A program made the position numbers and the translations under genes. From Octopus bimaculoides (lineage: Eukaryota), in the NCBI RefSeq assembly GCF_001194135.2, contig NC_068982.1, forward strand, positions 168,146,505 through 168,206,918: a stretch of 60,414 bases of DNA, in the 5' to 3' direction. Every line of letters begins with the position of its first letter. Position 1 is the stretch's first letter. Shown piece after piece: positions 51,009-60,414 of this stretch. The notes below the pieces were generated by a model. That model had not been told where the DNA came from and ran no database searches. It saw nothing but the letters and a program-made list of their open reading frames with translations.

Positions 51009-52248
51009 AATCCCTGTAAGAGAGTGACTTTGTCCCAAAAATTATTTCCGTCGTTTTTTTGACATAATATATGAAGCTGAAAATAAGTTTTAATATAAGA
51101 AGCCGAAAATCAAGTCAAGAATAGACTAATATAATGGTTAATCATATTCCTATTAATGCAACCATATTGTCAATGAATTTAATTTTCCTGAAACCATTAT
51201 AGTTACTGCCTTTAAAAAAAGGTACTTTTGAATGGAGTTAATGAGAATCCAATGAATAATATCTTCAGGTTAGAGGATCTTGCTTTTGAACTTGTTTGTA
51301 GAGTATTTGGATGTGTTATTAAGCGACAGACAAGTCATGTCTTCAAAAGTCATCTTTTCTTTCTTGTCGGGAAAAAATTGAACATATTATTAGTTATTTA
51401 CTAATATAGATTTCCTTGTCTGAATTTCCTGAATATATATATTTTTTAATGCAGACGACGTATTTTAATAATTTCATTTTTAAACAATTCTTGTTTCTTA
51501 CATATGTAATCTTGTATATTTTACTGTTTCGTGCTTTACATTGAAAGTTATACATTGCAGAACAGAATAGACGACACATAATAATGTCTAGAATTATCTT
51601 TCTTTCTTACAGGAAAAAGAAAAACGATAGTAGCCATTGACTAATATATCTTTTTCATCATTGCATAGTTAACTTTATAGTTAGCTTTTTAAAGTTATTT
51701 GAATGAAATATGTTAGCACAAATTTAGTTACATTCTTCGAAATTTGGATACTCAAAAACTAAGCAGTGCTCATTATTCATTGTTAATATTAACTTTGTGT
51801 CAATGTAAGAAATCATTATTAATTGTCTACGAAGCATATTCAGCTTATGATTTACTGTAACTGTTATTTAGTCAGTATCTCTAGTGAATGCATAACAGTT
51901 ATAATGACAAGAAGCAGACAGAAAATATTCATGAGTATAATATTTCCCTATCATTCAAATAGTGAATTTAAACTTACTAATACTATATCTAGTGGTTTAT
52001 GGGTAACTCAGCATCGTTCAACTGGTGAAGACCGCTGTAAAACTGGTCTGTTGGGCAACATAAGTGGCTAAATACGACACACTATAAGTAGCCGACATGC
52101 TGCAAATTCTGATAAAATATGATAAATTTTGTATATACTTATTAAATAAAAGATAAATATTGAAAATTAAACTTTATAAGCAGCAATTCTCGACATGTAT
52201 TGTTTCATCTCATGCAACTTCTTTCTATTCTTAACTATGATCTCACAG

Positions 52249-53400
52249 ATATGCAATGCTCACTTGAACATACTCGATTTATTTACACAAAATAGAGATG
52301 CAGTGTTAGAACTTGTTGAAAATATGGTCAAAGTAAAATACGTTAGTATTGTATTAATAGGAAGTGAAGTGCGAATAGATAATGAATATATGTACACACG
52401 ATATTTCGAAGTAGCTGGTATGATTGATATAAGCTTGAAACGCAAAGCTGTGAAATAGCCGATGATACATTGCGGGGAAAGAATTTATGGGTTTATCTGA
52501 CACCGCAAAATCCATCTTACCTGAACACAATCTCTTTGCCAACAGATAAACTGCAGTAGAACCGCTATACGGCTAGGTTACCCTTAGAATATTACATATT
52601 TATAGGTAATTTCACTCTGTAACAAACAAAATCAGCTCTTTTTCTTTCTTTTATATTACAATGATATAAATAATGATATCCAAAGTAGAATTCGCTGATG
52701 ATGGCAATGTCTGGTATTTCTTTTCCTCAAATAAGTGCCAGATTGATGAATCCTTCCAGGTAGTTACCTGAAATATTCCACTGGCTTTGAGCAATGCACC
52801 AGAAGGTGGCTGTTAGAATATTGCCATTGCATAGGTCCTTATTCAAAATAAACGAAACAATAATTACTTTGATATTTTAAGGTTACGAGAAACAAGAGAA
52901 TTTTACATTCCAAACAGAAATACAAATCCCACGAATTATGTTGGATTTCGACATAACCACGATAAAGTCTGATTAACATGTTTTACCACAATGTCAAATA
53001 TGCATATGTCTGTTTCACATACGGAAACATTCAAGCATTTGAATTTCCCATCCAGTTTAATTAGGAAGGTATTGCAGTGAAGATATAGATTCTCAGTAGT
53101 ATCATATTGACATTTATCTCACGTTTTTGATGTGGAGAAAGTCTTTCAAACAATTCCTGGATTGGGTTGATAGCGAAAACAATGTCGAAGTTAGACGAGT
53201 TCAAAATTTTACAGATTATCTAGGAATCACGAATTTATATTGTGGACACCCTGCGGAAAGCATAAAATGTGTACACATGGGTACGCAGTTGAATTGTCGA
53301 GTAGGTTTGAAAGTGCAACAAAAGTTGAAAGAACTAATAATGTGGTAGAATGCAAGATGACTAACAACACAAGATCAAATGAGAAATGTAGTTGTGTGAT
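52249..53400 (+). mobile_element. Ancient decayed non-LTR reverse transcriptase (I/Jockey/CR1-group-like)
   Basis: In order: DAVLELVE..K.K..SIV.I, W...YKL.....GK.LW, RLP, KVEFADDGNVW (FADD at 52691-52702), RRWLL, and HIDIYLTF/VEKV. Several frameshifts are required. Confidence 0.55.
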
Positions 53401-55158
53401 ATCAGGAATGGAAGAGTAAAAATTAAATTCTAAAGTATCTAAAAAGATTGGATATGATATTATTCCATATCCATAACATTACGCATTTATCATGCCTTAA
53501 AGCCAGTTGTTACCCAAGTGTCTTGTATGACAAGCTTTGTATCTCAAATTATTCTGTTTTCATATTTTAGAGAAGTCTTGGGCGCTACTGCAAAACACGC
53601 GTCCCATAGATTTCTTTTCAATATTAAATACTTTCGTTTTTGAAATAAGTTTTGTATTGTTTATAGCACTCAATATATTTCATATAACGCAACACATCAG
53701 TAACTTTAATAATGTACATCATTTATCCAATATAGATTAATTTTACGTCACTCAATCCCTAACTGCAAAGTGGATGAAACAGAGGTAAAGGCCGATCGAG
53801 CAAATGAAAGTATTGAAAGAACACAAGTATTTAACATTGAAAACACATTGATTGGGCCAGCGTTGTGTAGCAGTGTATAAAATTATTTATTATATACAAG
53901 TACAAAGTAAAAAAAGAAAAAAACTGCAATAGTTCATTGATGATACACCAAAATGGTGGGCTCGTGTCATAAAAGTAGGAATGGGGCCTTCACAAGACTT
54001 CGATGCTAAAATTATAACAAAGTAGTATTGTTATTGGTTGCCAGCCAATTGCACCTTCACCAAGATTATAAGCCGTCTAGCTGATACGCCATGTCACCCT
54101 GTTGGCACCTGTCTTGTTGTAGTGGCGTCTACATGGCTATCATCCAGACGTTTACCGTCACAGTATCTTCTCGTGATATTAGTATATTCTCTTGTAACCC
54201 ACTTGTCACTTAACGATATTAAATTGACTTCAAGTCCTAGTACACCGGGGCTTGTATTTAGCCACGGGCGCTGTTTAAATATATATTCGTTGTTAGTAGA
54301 TATCATATAGAGCGTTTTGTCACTTGAGTCATTGTTGAACTGGATTTTAGTGTGAGAACACACTTTACGTCTGTGAGGTTAATCGCTAATTAATGAAGAA
54401 AACTGATTAGAGAAAGTAAAATAATCTGTCCACATTTTTTGAAGAATGGTAATTAACTTTTCAAACTCTTGTATCATGTATATAGTTTCTCATCCATGTT
54501 AAACGATCACTGATTCTCTAAGAAAATTATAAATATACGCTAACATTGTTAAGCCTGAGGTTCTGTGACAAAATAAAACAACGAAATGAACTGCGTGACA
54601 TCTTAGAGTTTCATTTAATTCTTATAACCGTAGAGACACTACAAAGCATACAATAAATAATGAATATATTGACAAAACACGCTTCTAAACATTGATGCGT
54701 AAGACTTACATATATGTCGATGGACCTAACATACATAAACTCTACCTGCTGCTTAAACTGCAACGACACAAACGACCGGATCTTATTTTGTATGAAAGAA
54801 AACAATTAAATATTGATTTTCTGATTTATTATGGAGCATAAGTATTCATGTATGAATGGTCGTAAATACGTATGTACGTGTGTACGTAAGCCAGCATGTA
54901 TGTATGTGTGTATGTATATATGTAGGCCAGCATGTATATTTATGTGTTTGTCAATGCAAAATTGTGTACGGTTGCGCATGTTTAAATTTGAGCGCTTAGA
55001 TAATAGTGTGAAATTGTTCGAGGTGGATAGGGACTGACAAATATTTGTCTTATTTCACATACTTCTTTGACATATATTGGTTCTTACTACGTACGTGGTC
55101 GATTTATTCGACTTTGCTTGTTTGGACTACGAGTGTAATTGGCACAAGGATCTGGGAG

Positions 55159-55169
55159 AAGATGGCTGC
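55159..55169 (+). promoter_or_regulatory. YY1-like motif AAGATGGCTGC overlapping a candidate start codon
   Basis: Close to the AAGATGGCGGC consensus; six CpGs in 55081-55200. Confidence 0.35.
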
Positions 55170-55185
55170 GATAAAATCAATGAAG
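55162..55185 (+). CDS. Candidate first coding exon MAAIKSMK of an unidentified gene, phase-0 donor
   Basis: Strong Kozak context (aagATGG) and AAG|GTTAGC donor; no downstream exon identified. Confidence 0.25.
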
Positions 55186-56846
55186 GTTAGCACCAGTTTC
55201 TCGATATTTATATCTACGTATCAACAATAACATTCTCCTATCTTAAGATCAATGATAAACTGCGATAAAATTCATGGATATCAGAATAAAATTAATCAAA
55301 TAGTATATCTAATAAATACACTGTCGGTACTTAGCAATCAACTAATGTGGGAACATCACAGGACGGTAGAATATTTCTTTGTGAGTCAGTTATCAATCGC
55401 CCGCCACACTGAGTCAATATGTGGAGTATTAACAGCATAACTTTTCAGATTTGAAATTCGAATATAATACGCGCACGCACGCACACGCACGCATCTGTTT
55501 GAAAACAATGTACAATACGATAAATGTGTTTAGTAAAATGCACTTTTGTAATAAGTATAAATTATATCTCTGTTCATATTGTAAACGGTGTATGTCTTAT
55601 AATATCTAACATTAAATTATTCTAACGACACTCCGACATTGAAAATGCGAAACTGTATATCCTGGTAATTACTTTTCCAATTGGCGCTATCATATATCAA
55701 AGATAGATATGTATTTATATCATAAACCAAATTAGTGTCACATCATTAAATTATTACATAAACATTTTTATTTTGATCTATGTCCGTCAGTAAATCAGAG
55801 ACGAGCTTGTCATTAAAGTATTTTGCCGTGTCAAAAGATGTTAAGAGATTTATAGTTTATACAACAGTCATTAACCTTTAACCACAGCAAGTTATTCCTC
55901 TCGACTATTAAAGATGTTCCTGTAAAGGTTACAGAAATGCTCCAACTTTTGTCCCATCTCCTCAGAATTAAGTGATGATGAAAGTCTTTCATATCTTTAC
56001 AACCTTTTGCTGTGACATCATAGGTTATTAGCTGAGTGAATCAGACTATTGATCCAACTGTTCGAAAAGTTTGTCATTAGCGCCTGTCAAGTAAACATAA
56101 AAGCCTTAAATCTTAATCACTCACTTTAGTTGCTTTAAATAATATCCTATATATGTGGATATTGTTTACCTACCTGTCAGTTTACCTACATGTTCAAACG
56201 GTTTCAGCCATGACTATCCTACTTTCTTGTAGGTGTAGGGTACTTTTGAAAATATTTTCTGTATCCAAATCTAACAAAACCTAACACGATAGGCTTAGGT
56301 TTTATGAGATGTACCTGCTATTTCTACCCGGCTGAATGACCGAGCAGTAGAATAATCCTCTGGTCACTCTTATATACATGTATATCTCGGGGCTGTAGAT
56401 AATCACAAAGGTGTATACTTAACGAGTGCTTCATAAAAAAAAATTAGTTTATAATCAGTGTGTATCAGTTTAACATGCATTTGATTGCGGCCTGTTTTGA
56501 TTACAGAAACTCTGTGATAACAATTAAAAATATTCCTAGTTACAATAATTTCCTCTTGTTTGGCACTCATTAACAGGATGTTATCTCGACTTGATTACAT
56601 ATTAATTTGCATAAATTACAGAAATTCCGAAAAAGACAGACACGTCATACGCCCTTATATTTCAGTTTTTCTTTTTATTTTCCAACTTGCTATATTCAAA
56701 CACAGCAGAAGAAAAGTTTGTTTCCCAGTATTGCAAAAATAAATTGATTTAAATCCTTCTCTGATACATATATAATTTCATAACAATGTGATAAATCATT
56801 ATTCCATTGCTGAAAGGTGGCAGGAAAATTAGAGAGGCAGACTAGA

Positions 56847-56878
<32 letters not shown>

Positions 56879-57442
56879 TGCTTCTTTGGTATTTTGATTT
56901 CGTTCTTTTAACTTGTGAGTTTAACTACAACCTCATCTGACTGTCTTTCAATCATCTCGCCTTGCTGATAAATTCTTCCAGCATTGAAATGGGATACAAT
57001 TGGATTCACACCCACTTGCAAATTTTCTGTCTTTTTCTAATATGAAATTATATTGTTATTATGATGACTCCGCCACAAATGTTTGTATAGTGTGACAATA
57101 TATAATGTCGTGTATCGATCATTAGAGAAACATTTCATTAAAGATGTAATCAGCCGTATTTTTATTGTTAAAATCACGTCTTTAAATATATATATATTTC
57201 TGTGATTTTTGAAATCTTGTTGCTTTAAATATCTTTTAGTTCAGCGTCTAACATATCAAACACATTATTTAACGCACACAGCATTATTTAGGTGAAACAG
57301 CCTTCTGTAAATCTATCTTTCTGGTCGTGTCCAGAGAGATGTGGCAATAAAATAAAGCTAGCTGCATGGAAATAATGCGACTTCTGTATACAAGACAGTA
57401 TGTTTTTGTGTGGATGTCAGTGTGTTTGCAAATATTAAAACA

Positions 57443-57479
<37 letters not shown>

Positions 57480-57708
57480 ACAATTATATAATAAAACAAA
57501 ACATGAATGGTTGTTTAGAATATATTTAGCTATAGACAGTCTCTCTATGCATGTTGCGACTTATTCAACTGCAAATTCTTACTAAATGATACGCGGATAA
57601 TGATAAGAGTCACTTGCATAGCATTCTTTTATAAATATAGGAATACACAGGGTGTTCGAAAAATTTGATTATTTGTCGAGTAATTTAAATTTTAAATCGC
57701 ACTGTATA

Positions 57709-57850
57709 TACGAGGGATGCTGAAAAGTTCCCGACTTTAAAGCCTGGTTGGCGGCCCAACCTTCCGAGATTTTCCCAGGACTTTGAAACACTGAAGGACT
57801 GCGGCAATAAGTCCATGAATCTGAGAGAGGAATCTGTTGAATAAAATCAT
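57709..57850 (+). mobile_element. Mariner-derived MITE, 3'-truncated
   Basis: TA-CGAGGGATGCTGAAAAGTTCC left TIR and CTGAAGGACTGC.GCAATAAGT..TGAATCTGAGAG interior shared with 12860. Confidence 0.75.
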
Positions 57851-58529
57851 CAATAGTATTAATACGTTAACTCAGTAAATTTAGGAAAAATCTCATCTTT
57901 ACCTTTAATTTGTTAGACCTAAGAATCCTTGCAGCCGCCAGCCTCGCTAAGGTCGAATAGCTGTTTCCCTAGACCTAAACTGGGTTGGCTCTTATAAATC
58001 CTGTCATACACCTAATGAAAAACTTACGTATATACATAAACAGTCCTGTCACCATTGATGTCAGTAGTGTTCAAAAGCCTTATGAACGATACCAGCAAGA
58101 GGATATTTAATCTCTGTTCTTCTAATGAAATATTCGATAAGGCAGAACCTATTATAATAATGCTCTGGTTAACATTGGCTTCAAATAAATGATAACTTAT
58201 AAATGTATAATTAAAAGTATGAAACCTAAAAATAGACTCAGGAAGATTATATGGTTCACTTCCCACCTTTCTCTTTGAATGTTAAGACGAACGTAGGTAG
58301 AAAATTCAAAAACAATTTCTCAGGTAACAATAGATAAGGTCACACCAAGCACCAAATCCAAGCTGAATCTAACGAGACTTACAAAGTTGCTCTGTTCGAC
58401 TTGACAACTGGTGTTAGTTTGTTTACGTACAGGTAATTAAGGGCTTCGGCAAAAATAGGCCTATAGCATAAGTATCAGTTTTGGGCCAATCAGGAGATCG
58501 AAACTAAACTTGCGGTAATAGTCCAACGT

Positions 58530-58960
58530 TAAGCTTTTTATCTTTTGAAGTACTGTAGGCGTTGGGCAGTTTGATCCACAGTACAACAAAGTTTTCTCTG
58601 CCATTGATTCTCTGATGACCTGTGTCATGATCCCTCTGTGGTTGAAGATGACTAAGGACTTCTCTCATAATCACCATCTGTACCGACACGTCAATATAAT
58701 TGATACTTACTGGACGTTAGAGGGTATCTTGGACACAATGTTTGAAGACAATATTGCTTGCTATGCTGATCAAGAAAATATATCGAAACTGACCGATGTT
58801 CGCAGAAATCTTTCGCCTCTAAGTAGATATAATCCTTCAAAACATTTTCATGCCAGTACGTTCTTCCTTCTTCAGGTTACTTTTAAGGTCTTCCAAAACC
58901 GGTGGAATATCTTTCCCCGCAGATTTTTTTGGACCTTGTAAGTTTTTCAATTTCGACTGG
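58530..58960 (-). mobile_element. Decayed HERO-like reverse transcriptase N-terminal fragment
   Basis: Minus strand reads WKTLKVT*RRK, NIGQFRYI.LI, NYIDVSVQ and VVLWIKLPNAYS, similar to W..MKV.W.K, ISQFRPISLL, YIDTSVQK and VVWLDLANAYGS. Confidence 0.7.
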
Positions 58961-60337
58961 TGCTGATCAAGTCCATAACTTCCTTACAATGTCATCCATT
59001 AGGTAGGGCTCCTTCATTATTGCATCTGGCGTATTATTTGTGTATTCTTTAACACATCAATAGCTTGGAAACTTGGAATTATTTTATCGAATTTTTCTAT
59101 AATGGAGAAAGAGTCAAAGCTATTTCATTGGAATTGAGATACCATCAAGTGTTTGTCTTGCATTTATGTATATATAAATGAGTGCATTGATGTAACATGT
59201 ATGTATCCATACATTTATGCATGCAGTGATGTATATGTGCACATGTATGCATATACGTTTACAATATGATGTTTGCTTCATCTTGACAGATGATATCCGT
59301 CCCATCAACACAAATACCACACCCCATCACACAGCAAAATCCCTCCAATGATGAGCCCTTAGATGAGGACGTTTGCAATACATGTATATATTTACACACA
59401 CACACATATGATTAGGACATTTGCAATATATATTTACACACATACATACCTGTAAATATGGATGGCATTTTATAAGTGAATCTGTTTGCATTGATCGTAT
59501 ATATATACAAATACTTATGTTTGCATGGTGAACCTTGTGGATATGCACTTAATTCATATCAAACTTCTGAAATATTTTGCACATTTTGCGCAGTAGCTTT
59601 AATAGATTTTATCTGTAATTTCCTAATTAGCCATGTCCTTTCTGGTTTTTCTATGCTGAGTTTCTCAAACTTGGGGCAGAGGTAGTCAATTATGTAATAC
59701 TAAAATGGAAATCTAAATTTGTTTTCATCAAAATACGTATTGTTCAATGTATGCTCATATATTTGCATGTAAGTTTACATATTTCATAGGTAGACGTGTG
59801 CACACGAATGTACCTCTAAGTCATATATATCTACCTATGTAGTAATGAATTATACATAGGTTTATTTTTGTGCTTGTTTCTCATATATAAGTCTCTCAAT
59901 ACGTGCTAAAGATTTGCATTAGGCTATTATCTCGTCGTATTTTACGATGCTATTTTTAGATTCATTTTGAATTCAAGCGTAGGAAATGTATATATGTTTA
60001 TATGCTCTTTATAATATATTTTGTTTATTATTAGCAATTCTCGTCACGTCATGTTTCGATGTTCCCATTAATTTCAATTTACCCTTGCTTGATTAGAATT
60101 TGTAAGTACATGGAAATTGCATAAACGTACATATACACATACTTGCACACGTACACAAACAATTAACACACAAAGAAGCATATACTCACGTACATATAAA
60201 GATATGTACACAGACGTATACATACATATATACACACATACATAGATGTATATATACACACACGCACACACATATATGCATGCATATGTATAGACATAGA
60301 GACATACATAAATGTATATACATATATATTATATATG

Positions 60338-60383
60338 ATTATTATTATTATCATCATCATCATCATCATCATCATCACCACCA

Positions 60384-60414
<31 letters not shown>
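60338..60414. repeat. Compound (ATT)(ATC)(ACC) then (CT)n array at the window end
   Basis: Directly visible. Confidence 0.95.

Noticed and set aside
52354-52542. Minus ORF with GKMDFAVSD, resembling a glutamate-receptor S1 motif
   Set aside because: The following R..V.DFS.P residues are absent, and the plus strand is better explained as decayed RT.
55162-55185. Resemblance of MAAIKSMK to the RhoA N-terminus MAAIRKK
   Set aside because: No VVVGDG-type exon is found downstream in the window, so no gene symbol is assigned.
56880-57036. Minus-strand frame KKTENLQVGVNPIVSHFNAGRIYQQGEMIERQSDEVVVKLTS* after a TAG acceptor
   Set aside because: No recognisable domain and no partner exon; chance is likely.
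57945-58020. Minus-strand GAAACAGCUAUUCGACC hammerhead-like half
   Set aside because: The 5' core is not recognisable in this copy; too decayed to call.
58559-58941. About 128 open codons on the plus strand after a TAG acceptor
   Set aside because: The opposite strand carries ordered HERO-like RT motifs, so the plus frame is antisense shadow.

Overview
AT-rich, microsatellite-dense animal genomic DNA with about 15 N gaps. The SINE, MITE and LINE types match what I recall of Octopus draft assemblies; the taxon is inferred, not proven. I find no intact protein-coding gene, rRNA, tRNA, CRISPR array or prokaryotic feature, and nearly all ORFs in the supplied track are gap, microsatellite or antisense-to-transposon artefacts. 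The window is a transposon graveyard: two SINE families, a mariner transposase split into two oppositely oriented pieces, mariner-derived MITEs, and LINE fragments of Tx1/L1, R4/Dong-like, HERO-like (R2 superfamily), RTE and older unassignable types. It also holds a Penelope-like GIY-YIG fragment, a diverged 1.4 kb tandem duplication and several foldback palindromes. The most interesting signal is at least six sequence families of minimal type I hammerhead-ribozyme motifs with tiny palindromic stem III, several of them inside short ORF-less head-to-head foldback elements. There is also one weak candidate gene start (YY1-like motif over an ATG, MAAIKSMK, then GT) at about 55.16 kb. All calls come from manual reading without database searches.
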